NCBI GenBank assembly: GCA_045430295.1
Contig: JAILXX010000006.1
Coordinates: 1 to 64,000, forward strand
Reading direction: 5' to 3'
Source: Cellvibrionaceae bacterium
GTDB taxonomy: Bacteria > Pseudomonadota > Gammaproteobacteria > Pseudomonadales > JAILXX01
Length of the DNA stretch: 64,000 nt
Under the pieces are notes generated by a model, which had not been told where the DNA came from, searched no databases, and saw nothing but the letters and a program-made list of their open reading frames with translations. Positions 45,073 to 54,967 of this stretch are shown here, one piece after another. How positions within the stretch are numbered: the first letter of the stretch is position 1; each line of letters begins with the position of its first letter. Both the position numbers and the translations under genes were made by a program.

Positions 45073-46431
45073 ATGGCTGTTGATGTTGTGATTCTTGCTG
45101 CGGGCAAGGGAACAAGGATGAAATCCGCCCTCCCTAAAGTCCTCCACCCCATTGCTGGTCGCCCTATGCTCCAGCATGTGATCGATACCGTTAATACTCT
45201 TCCTGATATTAATTTACACGTTGTGATTGGCCACGGCGCAGAAGCGGTACGGGAAACCATTAACGGCGATATTAATTGGCTGATGCAGGAAGAACAGTTA
45301 GGTACAGGGCACGCCGTTGCTCAAGCCCTTCCTGCAGTAACCGCCGGAAACAAATTAATGGTGCTCTATGGTGATGTGCCACTGATTCAAACGCACACAC
45401 TGGAAGCCATGCTAGACAATGTGGGTAGTAATGATTTTGCCTTGCTGACGGTAGATCTGGAGAACCCTCAGGGTTACGGTCGTATCGTGCGCGATAAAAA
45501 TGGTGATGTGATTGCCATTGTGGAGCAGAAAGATGCCAACAGTGAGCAGTTAGCCATTAATGAAGTTAACACCGGTGTGATGGCGGGTATGGCAGATGAT
45601 TTTCTTTGTTGGCTGCCTGAACTGAACAATGAAAATGCTCAGGGCGAATACTACTTAACCGATGTTATCGCCATGGCCTGTGATGAAGGCAAAACTATTA
45701 ATACGCCACAACCACAACATGAGTGGGAAGTATTGGGTGTAAATAATCGGTCCCAGCAAGCAGAATTAGAGCGTATTTATCAAGGCGAACAAGCACAGCG
45801 CCTTATGGAAAATGGTTTAACCATTCTTGACCCTGCCCGTATCGATATTCGCGGTGAATTAATTGTGGGTAACGATGTGGTTATCGATATTAATGCCGTA
45901 TTTGAAGGCCGCGTAGAATTGAAAGATGGTGTTCGTATTGGTCCTAATTGCTGTATTAAAAATAGTACAGTGGGCGAATATACGGAGATCCATGCCAATT
46001 CTATTTTGGAAGACTCACTCGTTGCAGAGAGCTGCCAAATTGGCCCCTTTGCTCGCTTGCGTCCCAATACCGAATTAAAAGCCAACGCTAAAGTCGGCAA
46101 TTTTGTTGAAACCAAAAAAACCACTGTAGGTGAAGGTAGCAAGATTAATCATCTAAGTTATGTGGGTGATGCGATTCTCGGTAAAAATGTGAATGTAGGC
46201 GCAGGCACCATTACCTGTAATTATGATGGCGTAAATAAATTTAAAACCGAAATTGGTGATGAAGCTTTTATTGGCTCTAATACTTCGCTTGTTGCGCCGG
46301 TAAAAGTTGGTGAAAAAGGCACTGTAGGCGCTGGTTCAACCATCACCAGTGAAGTGGGTAATGAAGATTTAGCGGTAGCTCGTGGTAAGCAAAGAAATAT
46401 TAGTGGTTGGAAACGACCTGTAAAGAAATAG
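45073..46431 (+). CDS. glmU: Bifunctional GlcNAc-1-P uridyltransferase / GlcN-1-P acetyltransferase
   Basis: MAVDVVILAAGKGTRM plus a C-terminal hexapeptide-repeat domain. The track ORF starts 24 codons earlier without support. Confidence 0.93.
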   Translation: MAVDVVILAAGKGTRMKSALPKVLHPIAGRPMLQHVIDTVNTLPDINLHVVIGHGAEAVRETINGDINWLMQEEQLGTGHAVAQALPAVTAGNKLMVLYGDVPLIQTHTLEAMLDNVGSNDFALLTVDLENPQGYGRIVRDKNGDVIAIVEQKDANSEQLAINEVNTGVMAGMADDFLCWLPELNNENAQGEYYLTDVIAMACDEGKTINTPQPQHEWEVLGVNNRSQQAELERIYQGEQAQRLMENGLTILDPARIDIRGELIVGNDVVIDINAVFEGRVELKDGVRIGPNCCIKNSTVGEYTEIHANSILEDSLVAESCQIGPFARLRPNTELKANAKVGNFVETKKTTVGEGSKINHLSYVGDAILGKNVNVGAGTITCNYDGVNKFKTEIGDEAFIGSNTSLVAPVKVGEKGTVGAGSTITSEVGNEDLAVARGKQRNISGWKRPVKK

Positions 46432-46446
46432 CGAAAGGAAAACACT

Positions 46447-48276
46447 ATGTGTGGCATTGTTGGCGCGGTTGCGCAACGGAATGTAACAAAAATTCTGATC
46501 GAAGGTTTAAAGCGTTTAGAGTATCGCGGTTACGATTCTGCGGGTATCTGTGTTAACGATGGCGAGCAGTTATTGTGTCGTAAAAAAGAAGGAAAAGTTG
46601 CTAACCTTGAAGAGTTACTAGGTCAACAACCTGCTCAGGGTACTTTGGGTATTGCTCATACTCGCTGGGCAACTCATGGTAAGCCCAGTGATCGAAACTC
46701 CCACCCTCACCTATCAGGTAGTGATATCGCCATTGTTCACAATGGCATTATCGAAAATCACCAGTCTCTCCGCAATGAATTGAAAGCAGAAGGCTATGAA
46801 TTTCTGTCGGATACAGACACAGAAGTTATTGTTCACTTGCTCCACAAAGCCACCAAAGACGGTACCGACTTATTAGTTGCTCTTCAGAATATTATTCCTC
46901 ATTTAGAAGGTGCCTATTCCATTGCGGCGATTCAACAGCACAATTCAAAGCGCATGGTGGTTGCGCGCAGTGGTAGCCCACTGGTAATCGGCGTGGGTAT
47001 TGAAGAAAATTTTATTGCTTCAGACCAACTGGCCCTGCGCCAAGTCACCGATCGTATTATCTTTTTAGAAGAAGGTGATGTGGCCAATTTAACCTGCGAC
47101 GAAATCACCATCTACGATAAAAGTGGTGAAAACGTTGCCCGTGAAATCGAGCATTTGAAAGATCAGGCAGATAGTGCAGACAAGGGCCACTATCGCCACT
47201 ACATGCTTAAAGAAATTTTTGAGCAGCCTCGCGTGATTAAGCAAACTATTGAAGGCCGCATTAGTGATAGCCAGGTTTTAACTCAATCCTTTGGTACAGA
47301 AGCCCAAGAGATTTTTTCGAAAGTTAAGAATGTACAGATTATTGCCTGTGGTACCAGCTATCACGCTGGTTATGTAGCCAAGTATTGGTTAGAAGACTGG
47401 GCGGGTATTCCTTGCAATATTGAAGTGGCCTCGGAATATCGTTATCGCAAAGTCGTTGTTGCCCCTGATACCTTGTTTATCACTATTTCCCAGTCAGGTG
47501 AAACCGCAGATACCTTGGCAGCTTTGCGAAAATCTAAAGAGCTTGGTTATCTCGGTAGCCTTTGTATTTGTAATGTACCTAACAGTTCATTGGTACGTGA
47601 AAGTGATCTTTGCTTGATGACGTTGGCCGGTGCCGAAATCGGTGTTGCTAGCACTAAAGCCTTTACCACCCAGTTGGTTGCCTTGCAGATTTTGGCTTTG
47701 GCCTTGGGTTCTCATCACGGCTTAGAGAAGGAAAAACATGCTGCTATTGTACAAGCGTTACATCAGTTACCAGACATTTGTGATGCGGTTCTGAAGCTAG
47801 ATGTGGATATTGAAAAAGTGTCTGAAGCTTTTGTGGATAAACACCATACCTTGTTCTTAGGTCGCGGAGTTCAATATCCAGTCGCCATGGAAGGTGCTCT
47901 GAAGTTAAAAGAGATTTCTTATATTCATGCAGAAGCCTATCCGTCTGGTGAGTTGAAACACGGTCCACTCGCCCTGGTAGACGATGATATGCCTGTAGTG
48001 GCTGTGGCGCCCGGTGATGAGCTGCTGGATAAATTGAAATCCAACCTGGAAGAAGTTCACGCCCGTGGCGGAAAGCTATTTGTGTTTGCCGAAGAAAAAA
48101 CCGGCTTTGAAAGTGGTAACGGTATGACAGCCATGGCGATTCCGAAGGTTCCGGAAAGCTTGGCACCGATCGTCTATACCCTACCGCTGCAGCTATTGTC
48201 TTATCACGTAGCTGTGATGCGGGGTACGGATGTGGATCAGCCGCGTAACTTGGCGAAATCGGTTACGGTGGAATAA
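46447..48276 (+). CDS. glmS: Glutamine--fructose-6-phosphate aminotransferase
   Basis: MCGIVGAV (N-terminal Cys nucleophile), two SIS domains, C-terminal ...SVTVE. Confidence 0.95.
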   Translation: MCGIVGAVAQRNVTKILIEGLKRLEYRGYDSAGICVNDGEQLLCRKKEGKVANLEELLGQQPAQGTLGIAHTRWATHGKPSDRNSHPHLSGSDIAIVHNGIIENHQSLRNELKAEGYEFLSDTDTEVIVHLLHKATKDGTDLLVALQNIIPHLEGAYSIAAIQQHNSKRMVVARSGSPLVIGVGIEENFIASDQLALRQVTDRIIFLEEGDVANLTCDEITIYDKSGENVAREIEHLKDQADSADKGHYRHYMLKEIFEQPRVIKQTIEGRISDSQVLTQSFGTEAQEIFSKVKNVQIIACGTSYHAGYVAKYWLEDWAGIPCNIEVASEYRYRKVVVAPDTLFITISQSGETADTLAALRKSKELGYLGSLCICNVPNSSLVRESDLCLMTLAGAEIGVASTKAFTTQLVALQILALALGSHHGLEKEKHAAIVQALHQLPDICDAVLKLDVDIEKVSEAFVDKHHTLFLGRGVQYPVAMEGALKLKEISYIHAEAYPSGELKHGPLALVDDDMPVVAVAPGDELLDKLKSNLEEVHARGGKLFVFAEEKTGFESGNGMTAMAIPKVPESLAPIVYTLPLQLLSYHVAVMRGTDVDQPRNLAKSVTVE

Positions 48277-48299
48277 TTGAAGCAATTGAGAGGCTAACA

Positions 48300-48893
48300 A
48301 TGAACCCACTGCTACTACTGCTGCTGGTGCTATCGATAAATTCTTATGCTGACGATGGAGTGAAGAAAGTAATGAATGATAAGCAAGAAATACCCGCAGA
48401 AGTATTAGCATACATCTCAGGTGCAACCTTACCGGAACACCAAGAATTTGATTTTTTGATTGGTGAATGGAAGGTTAAGGGTAATCGCCTATTACCTAAT
48501 GGCCAGAGTATGGATTATGAAGGTGAGTGGAAGGCTGACTACATAAATGACAAAAGAATGATCATGGATGAGTTCAAGATTCATTCGCCTACTGGTCAGC
48601 CAGTTTCTTCCTATGTGACATTACGCAGCTATTCGCCACTGAGTCAGCGTTGGGAGCTAACGGGCCTGGCAGCATTGATGCCTGCACATACCTTGAGTGA
48701 GTGGTATGGCAATATGGATGGTAAAGAAATGGTGCTAACGGCAAAGGGAGTAACGCCAGATGGTAAAGACTTTATCAATAAAATTCAGTTTCACGAGATT
48801 GGAACCGACAGCTTTAGCTGGAAGAGCTCACTAAGTTTCGATAAAGGTGAAAACTGGATTAAGAATGGTCAGCTAGTAGCTGAAAGGCTGTAA
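48300..48893 (+). CDS. Hypothetical secreted protein (197 aa) with a signal peptide
   Basis: Signal peptide MNPLLLLLLVLSINSYA. No confident family assignment. Confidence 0.5.
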   Translation: MNPLLLLLLVLSINSYADDGVKKVMNDKQEIPAEVLAYISGATLPEHQEFDFLIGEWKVKGNRLLPNGQSMDYEGEWKADYINDKRMIMDEFKIHSPTGQPVSSYVTLRSYSPLSQRWELTGLAALMPAHTLSEWYGNMDGKEMVLTAKGVTPDGKDFINKIQFHEIGTDSFSWKSSLSFDKGENWIKNGQLVAERL

Positions 48894-48914
48894 GTAGCTT
48901 AAGCGGTAGATGCC

Positions 48915-49778
48915 TTAGTCATCTGAAGTATCTACCCGCAAGTTTTCCAAATTGGTATGAATCTCAGCCAAGTGGCGTTCTAGCTTATCGCCGCGATGTT
49001 GAGCTACGCCAATAGCTAGGGCATCAATTAATACCATCTGTGTAATACGAGACGTCACTGGCGCATAAATGCGAGTATCGTCGGTGGTATCAATTGGAAT
49101 ACAAATCGAGGCAGATTTCGCTACCGGTGAATCCTGAGGTGCAATAGCGATAGAGGTTGCTCCAGAGACGTGAACTTTATCCAACGACTTGATTAACGCC
49201 CGTGTGCGGCCAGAATGGGAAATCGCTACCACTACATCCCCTTCATTTAGGGACAGTGCCGCCATGGTCTGTAGGTGTGGGTCAGAGTAATAAGCTGTAG
49301 GAATCATCAAACGGAAGAACTTGTGCTGGGCATCGGCAGCAACAGCAGCAGATGCACCAAAGCCGTAGAAGTCTACTCGTTTGGCAGTAGTTAAGGTTGT
49401 TACCGCCAAATTGATTGAGCCGTGGGGCACCAGCTGATCTCGCATACGCATCAGCTGCTCAATGGTGGAATCAAACACCTTACGAGTAGTGTCCTCTAAG
49501 GAGTCCCATTCGTACACATCATCCGCAGAGATACGTGGATTAGAGGCCATCTCTTGAGCCAGGGCCAGTTTAAAGCTCTGGAAGCCATCAAAACCCAAAG
49601 CGCGACAAAAGCGCACAACCGTGGGTTCACTTACCGTTGCTTGGCTAGCGAGATCCACAATACGCATATGCACAATATCTTGAGGATTGGCACTGACAAA
49701 GTCGGCAACCTTCTTTTCAGACTTGCGCAGATCCGGCCCGATGGCGGTAATGCGTTGTAGAATGGATAAATTACTCAT
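48915..49778 (-). CDS. RpiR/MurR/HexR-family transcriptional regulator (HTH_6 plus SIS domain)
   Basis: N-terminal HTH (VDLASQATVSEPTVVRFCRALGFDGF) and a C-terminal SIS domain. Confidence 0.8.
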   Translation of the reverse strand: MSNLSILQRITAIGPDLRKSEKKVADFVSANPQDIVHMRIVDLASQATVSEPTVVRFCRALGFDGFQSFKLALAQEMASNPRISADDVYEWDSLEDTTRKVFDSTIEQLMRMRDQLVPHGSINLAVTTLTTAKRVDFYGFGASAAVAADAQHKFFRLMIPTAYYSDPHLQTMAALSLNEGDVVVAISHSGRTRALIKSLDKVHVSGATSIAIAPQDSPVAKSASICIPIDTTDDTRIYAPVTSRITQMVLIDALAIGVAQHRGDKLERHLAEIHTNLENLRVDTSDD

Positions 49779-49808
49779 GGCCGTACTCTACCTTGTTTTT
49801 TCCATTAG

Positions 49809-49824
49809 CTGAATAGCACGACAG
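49809..49824. promoter_or_regulatory. Candidate LexA/SOS box upstream of uvrD (CTGAATAGCACGACAG)
   Basis: CTG-N10-CAG with an ACAG 3' half, about 117 bp upstream of the uvrD ATG. One mismatch to the CTGT-N8-ACAG core. Confidence 0.3.
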
Positions 49825-49940
49825 CAGAAAGCTGACTGGAATGAAGGAATTTTAATGCCGATAACACCCACTAGGAGAAGGCGAACAAAAACGGGATATG
49901 GGATAGAATAACCGGCTCGAATTTCAGCACACTCTTAATC

Positions 49941-52166
49941 ATGAATACTGCCGTAGACACCATCTTACAGGGCTTAAACGAAGCCCAATATGAAGCCGTG
50001 ACCGCCGATAGCCCTAACCTGCTCGTGTTAGCGGGTGCGGGTTCTGGAAAGACCAGGGTGTTAGTGCATCGCATTGCTTGGTTGATACAAGAGCATGGTG
50101 TTAGTCCACATGCCATTATGGCGGTGACCTTTACCAATAAAGCGGCTAGAGAAATGCGTGGCCGTTTGGAAGAAACCCTACAGGTGAATACTCGCGGTAT
50201 GTGGGTAGGCACTTTTCATGGTTTAGCCCATCGCTTTTTGAAACAGCATTTTATGCAGGCAAAATTGCCGCAGAATTTTCAGATACTTGATAGCGATGAT
50301 CAGCTGCGAATTATCAAGCGTATTTATCAGGGCTTGAATATTGACGATACTCGTTGGCCGCCGAAACAAGCGCAGAGTTTTATCAACGCACAAAAAGATG
50401 AAGGTGTTCGAGCACAATATACCAGCGATGGTCCTGATCCTTATCAGCGCACCATGCACCAGATTTACAGTGCCTATGAGGAAGAATGTCAGCGCGGTGG
50501 ATTGGTAGATTTTGGTGAGCTTCTACTTCGGGCCCATGAGTTATTACGTGATAACCCGGAGCTATTACAGCATTATCAAGAGCGTTTCCGCCATATTTTG
50601 GTGGACGAGTTCCAAGATACTAATACTATTCAATACGCTTGGCTGCGTGTTCTCAGTGGTGGTTTAGTACCGGTTACAGCAGTCGGTGATGATGACCAAT
50701 CCATTTATGGCTGGCGCGGTGCCAAAATTGAAAACATCCAGCGTTATGGCAAGGATTTCCCTCATTGCCATACGGTGAGGCTTGAACAAAATTATCGTTC
50801 TACCAGTACCATTCTCGATGCCGCCAATGCAGTGATCGCCAACAACAGTGATCGTTTAGGGAAAAATCTTTGGACTACCGGTGAAGAAGGCGAGCCCATT
50901 AGCTTATACAGCGCCTATAACGAGCAGGATGAAGCTCGCTTTATTGTGGACACCATTCAAAGTAAGTTGAATAGCGGTGATAATAGTTATCAACGGATTG
51001 ATATGGCGATTCTTTATCGCTCCAATGCACAGTCGCGGATTTTAGAAGAAGCCTTATTGAGAGCGAATGTTCCCTATCGGATTTATGGTGGTCAGCGATT
51101 CTATGAGCGTTTAGAAATTAAAAACGCTCTCGCCTATTTACGCTTGATGTTACATCCTAATAATGATGCCGCCTTTGAGCGTGTGGTCAACGTGCCCCCA
51201 AGAGGTATTGGCAATAAAACTATTGAGCAACTGCGCTTTATTGCTCGCGATCAAGGTTTTTCATTGTGGGAAGCGGCCAAGCACAGTATTGAACATAAAG
51301 CCTTAACGGCTAGAGCCTTAAATTCCCTGCAAACTTTTTTATCGTTAATTGACGATCTTGCTCAAGGCAGTGAACAAGAGCTAGAAGAGATCGCAGAACA
51401 GGTTTTACAACAAACTGGTTTACTGGTGTATCACGGCGCGGAAAAAGGCGAGAAAGGTCAGGCACGGGTCGAAAACTTAAAAGAATTGGTTAATGCGTTT
51501 GCCAGTTTTGAGAATGAAGACGAAGAGATTGCGGATTTACAGGCGTTTTTAGATCAAGCAGCGTTAGATGCCGGGGAAACCCAAGCGGATCCCTACGAAG
51601 ACGCTATCCAAATGATGACTTTACATTCTGCAAAAGGTTTGGAATTTCCCATCGTGTTTCTTGCGGGGATGGAAGAGCAATTATTCCCCCATAAAATGTC
51701 TATGAATGATGCCAGTGGTCTAGCCGAAGAGCGTCGCTTAGCTTATGTGGGTATTACTCGCGCCATGGAAAAATTATTCCTCACTCATGCAGAAGCACGT
51801 CGCTTATATGGCAGTGATAACTACAACAGCATTTCCCGTTTTATTCGAGAAATTCCCGATCAGTTAGTTGATGAAGTGCGTATTAAAAGTGAAGTCACTC
51901 GACCTGGCGCTGGCAGTTTTGGTCAGTCAAAATTTGGTCGATCTGCAGAAGATTTTTTGGCACAAAAAAAATCTAAACCAGCACTGAGTGATTCAGGAGA
52001 AGGTACAGGTATTGGCTTGGGTCAACGAGTGAGACACAGTATCTTTGGTGAAGGCACGGTATTACACTTTGAAGGCTCTGGTGCCCATGCGCGCGTGCAA
52101 ATTAACTTCGATGATGAAGGCAGTAAGTGGCTGGTGATGGCTTACGCTAAATTGGAAGCTTTGTAA
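49941..52166 (+). CDS. uvrD: DNA helicase II UvrD
   Basis: 741 aa, collinear with E. coli UvrD including Walker A AGAGSGKTRVL and the C-terminal LGQRVRH.IFGEGTV motif. Confidence 0.9.
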   Translation: MNTAVDTILQGLNEAQYEAVTADSPNLLVLAGAGSGKTRVLVHRIAWLIQEHGVSPHAIMAVTFTNKAAREMRGRLEETLQVNTRGMWVGTFHGLAHRFLKQHFMQAKLPQNFQILDSDDQLRIIKRIYQGLNIDDTRWPPKQAQSFINAQKDEGVRAQYTSDGPDPYQRTMHQIYSAYEEECQRGGLVDFGELLLRAHELLRDNPELLQHYQERFRHILVDEFQDTNTIQYAWLRVLSGGLVPVTAVGDDDQSIYGWRGAKIENIQRYGKDFPHCHTVRLEQNYRSTSTILDAANAVIANNSDRLGKNLWTTGEEGEPISLYSAYNEQDEARFIVDTIQSKLNSGDNSYQRIDMAILYRSNAQSRILEEALLRANVPYRIYGGQRFYERLEIKNALAYLRLMLHPNNDAAFERVVNVPPRGIGNKTIEQLRFIARDQGFSLWEAAKHSIEHKALTARALNSLQTFLSLIDDLAQGSEQELEEIAEQVLQQTGLLVYHGAEKGEKGQARVENLKELVNAFASFENEDEEIADLQAFLDQAALDAGETQADPYEDAIQMMTLHSAKGLEFPIVFLAGMEEQLFPHKMSMNDASGLAEERRLAYVGITRAMEKLFLTHAEARRLYGSDNYNSISRFIREIPDQLVDEVRIKSEVTRPGAGSFGQSKFGRSAEDFLAQKKSKPALSDSGEGTGIGLGQRVRHSIFGEGTVLHFEGSGAHARVQINFDDEGSKWLVMAYAKLEAL

Positions 52167-52186
52167 TATTGAGAAATTTAATATCC

Positions 52187-52322
52187 GTCATTCCCGCGCA
52201 TGCCTCCATGGATGGAGGTAGTAGAGCGGCGCAGGACGCCAAAGCCGAGGCGGGAATCTATCCCATTATTTAAGTAGATACCCGCCTGAGCTTCGCTGCT
52301 CTTACGAGTTGCGGGTATGACG
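52187..52322. repeat. 136-bp composite palindromic element (REP/BIME- or MITE-like) with terminal inverted repeats CGTCAT(T/A)CCCGC
   Basis: Inner inverted repeats ATTCCCGC...GCGGGAAT and ATACCCGC...GCGGGTAT; central CCTCCATGGATGGAGG palindrome. Lies between uvrD and the TRAP substrate-binding gene. Confidence 0.55.
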
Positions 52323-52355
52323 TAGAAATAGAATAAAGTTTAAGGATAGAAAAAA

Positions 52356-53480
52356 ATGAAAAACCCCTACCCCCCAATCATTATTGGCTTAGTGGCTGTA
52401 CTGGTATTTGTTTTTTCTCTTTTAGTGATGGATCGCGCTGAAGATTATCAAGGCGCGGTGAATACGGTTGAGAGTACACAGCAGAGTGAAAAGCAATTTC
52501 GCTGGCGCATGGTGACCACTTGGCCGAAGAATTTTCCCGGTGTGGGAATGGGAGCAGAAAATTTCGCTGAAGCGGTAAATAAGCTCAGCGATGGACGATT
52601 ACAAGTGCAAGTTTACGGTGCTGGTGAAATTGTTCCTGCGTTTGGTGTGTTTGGGGCAGTGTCCGCAGGTACTGTTGAAATGGGCCACAGTTCTGCCTAT
52701 TACTGGAAAGGAAAAATTCCAGCGGCGCCCTTTTTTACGACCATCCCTTTTGGCATGAACGCGCAAGAAATGAATGCCTGGTTATATGAAGGGGAAGGCA
52801 TGACTCTGTGGCGTGAAATGTATGCGCCCTTCAATTTAATTCCTTTTCCCGCAGGTAATACCGGTGTGCAAATGGCGGGTTGGTTTAATAAGGAAATTAA
52901 TTCTCTGGAAGATATCCAAGGTTTGAATATGCGCATTCCGGGTTTGGGAGGAGAAGTTTTTAGTCGAGCCGGTGGTACGCCAGTGAATATTCCCGGCGCT
53001 GAATTATATACCGCGCTTCAAACGGGACGTATTGATGCTACAGAGTGGGTGGGTCCTTACAATGATTTAACCTTTGGTTTCCACCAAATTGCCAAGTACT
53101 ACTATTACCCCGGTTGGCACGAACCTGGTTCAACCATGGAAGTGATCGTTAACAAAGATGCTTATAATCAATTACCTGGCGATCTTAAAACTATTGTGCA
53201 GCAGGCTGCTCGTAGCGCAAATCAGATGATGCTGGATGAGTATACCGCTGCCAATAACCGTGCGCTGAAGGAATTAGTGAATGTTCATAAGGTAGAGTTG
53301 AGACGCTTACCGGATGATGTTATAGACCGCTTAAAAGAAATTGCTTTCACTATGTACGATGAACTGGCGGCGGAAGATGAAGATTTTGCTCGAGTATATA
53401 AATCCTATAGAAGCTTTAAAGATAGCATGCAGGATTATCATAAGATTTCGGAACAAGCTTATTACGAATTGCGGGAGTAA
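52356..53480 (+). CDS. TRAP transporter substrate-binding protein (DctP family), membrane-anchored N-terminus
   Basis: DctP-family similarity. N-terminal hydrophobic anchor rather than a cleavable signal. Reads convergently toward dctQM across two unrelated genes. Confidence 0.6.
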   Translation: MKNPYPPIIIGLVAVLVFVFSLLVMDRAEDYQGAVNTVESTQQSEKQFRWRMVTTWPKNFPGVGMGAENFAEAVNKLSDGRLQVQVYGAGEIVPAFGVFGAVSAGTVEMGHSSAYYWKGKIPAAPFFTTIPFGMNAQEMNAWLYEGEGMTLWREMYAPFNLIPFPAGNTGVQMAGWFNKEINSLEDIQGLNMRIPGLGGEVFSRAGGTPVNIPGAELYTALQTGRIDATEWVGPYNDLTFGFHQIAKYYYYPGWHEPGSTMEVIVNKDAYNQLPGDLKTIVQQAARSANQMMLDEYTAANNRALKELVNVHKVELRRLPDDVIDRLKEIAFTMYDELAAEDEDFARVYKSYRSFKDSMQDYHKISEQAYYELRE

Positions 53481-53502
53481 TATTCTAAGCTCGCTGTGAA
53501 TA

Positions 53503-53531
53503 GTCGGCCTGAAGGCCGACCTACCCCTTTT
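53503..53531 (+). terminator. Terminator hairpin after the TRAP substrate-binding gene (first of two)
   Basis: GTCGGCC-tgaa-GGCCGAC followed by a CTACCCCTTTT run. Confidence 0.5.
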
Positions 53532-53556
53532 CTATCCCTTTGTGAATATCCCTTAA

Positions 53557-53587
53557 CCCAGATCAATTTATTGGTCTGGGTTTTTCT
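53557..53587 (+). terminator. Second tandem terminator after the TRAP substrate-binding gene
   Basis: CCCAGA...TCTGGG stem followed by TTTTTCT. Confidence 0.5.
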
Positions 53588-53642
53588 ATTTAATAGCCCC
53601 ATCAAATTTACAGTTGTTAAGAAATTGATGAGGACATAAATC

Positions 53643-54359
53643 ATGGGCATGAAAAAACTGGGCTTAGCTGTGGCCGTTGCGGCTGCTGTATTCTCTGCAC
53701 AACAAACTCTGGCGCAAAATGCCGGTGATATTAGTGTAAGGGTTGGTGCAACGACTGTTGACCCTCAGGAAAGTAGTAGCGATGTTGCACTAAATGGCAC
53801 GGCTTTAAATTTGGCTGGTGATACAACGGGCTTAGGTTTAGATAGTAATACGCAGTTAGGTTTGACGCTGGAATATGCTTTGGATAGCAATTGGAGTATT
53901 GAAGTCTTAGCTGCAACTCCGTTTAGCCATACAGCTGCTGCGACCGGAGAATTGGCAAACCTGCTAAATGGCTTAGATGTTGCGGATACTAAGCACTTAC
54001 CCCCAACTGTTAGCGCTATTTATCGTTTTGGTTCTGGTAATGCCGATGTTCAGCCGTATGTCGGTGCCGGTTTAAATTACACCGTATTCTTTAGCGAAGA
54101 TACCACCACTGATGCTGATGCTGCATTTGCAGGTTTGGGTTTAACGGGTGGTAGTGTAGATATTGATGATTCTTTTGGTTTGGCGCTGCAAGCCGGTGTA
54201 GATTTTAAACTTAATGATAAGTGGTCAATTAACACATCAGTACGTTGGATTGATATTGATACGGAAGCCACGATTACTTTTGATAGTGGTGATAAAGTTT
54301 CTGCTGATATTGATATCGACCCAATGGTTTACAGTGTAATGGTTGGTTATAAGTTCTAA
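53643..54359 (+). CDS. OmpW-family outer membrane beta-barrel protein
   Basis: Signal peptide, alternating beta-strand pattern, C-terminal ...MVGYKF (OmpW-like terminal aromatic). Confidence 0.75.
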   Translation: MGMKKLGLAVAVAAAVFSAQQTLAQNAGDISVRVGATTVDPQESSSDVALNGTALNLAGDTTGLGLDSNTQLGLTLEYALDSNWSIEVLAATPFSHTAAATGELANLLNGLDVADTKHLPPTVSAIYRFGSGNADVQPYVGAGLNYTVFFSEDTTTDADAAFAGLGLTGGSVDIDDSFGLALQAGVDFKLNDKWSINTSVRWIDIDTEATITFDSGDKVSADIDIDPMVYSVMVGYKF

Positions 54360-54434
54360 ACTTTTTGTTATTAGAATTTAGCCCTAACCTTTTAACAGAA
54401 CAAACCGGGTTCCCCTATCCGGTTTGTTTGCCAT

Positions 54435-54472
54435 AAAAAAGCCCGCTACTGGTAAGAGTGCGGGCTTTTTTT
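54435..54472. terminator. Bidirectional terminator between ompW-like(+) and thioesterase(-)
   Basis: AAAAAAGCCCGC...GCGGGCTTTTTTT. Confidence 0.6.
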
Positions 54473-54503
54473 ATGCGTGTTTTTAATTTACAGCTAAACG
54501 CTA

Positions 54504-54905
54504 TTAGCTGGCATCGAAGGAGCGGGTATTGCCTTTATCGTCAATGGCAACGAAGACAAATTCACCTTCGGTCACTTTAATTTTTTCTGGGTTGTCTGCG
54601 AGAGAAATCCATACATCAACCAACACGCGAACAGAGGTTCGACCTGATTCTACAATATCGCAATAACAGCTAACGATAGAGCCAACAGGAATAGGACGAA
54701 GGAAAGTCATATCCCCTACCGCTACGGTGGTAATGCGGCCTTTTGTTAAACGTCGTGCCATCATGGCACCAGCTAAATCCATTTGTGCCAACAGCCAGCC
54801 ACCAAAAATATCGCCATTGGGGTTGGTATCTGCAGGCATAGCCAAAGTTTGCAGTGTTAACTCGCCGGTTGGTTCCGGAATGTCATCATCAAAATCAGTG
54901 CTCAT
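54504..54905 (-). CDS. Acyl-CoA thioester hydrolase, YciA-like hotdog fold
   Basis: LTLQTLAMPADTNPNGDIFGGWLLAQMDLAG is near-identical to the E. coli YciA motif. Confidence 0.8.
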   Translation of the reverse strand: MSTDFDDDIPEPTGELTLQTLAMPADTNPNGDIFGGWLLAQMDLAGAMMARRLTKGRITTVAVGDMTFLRPIPVGSIVSCYCDIVESGRTSVRVLVDVWISLADNPEKIKVTEGEFVFVAIDDKGNTRSFDAS

Positions 54906-54967
54906 GTTTTACTCTGAAGATTTTGTTAGTGGCGTTAAATAAGGATGAAAATAGCAACCCAGCAAAA

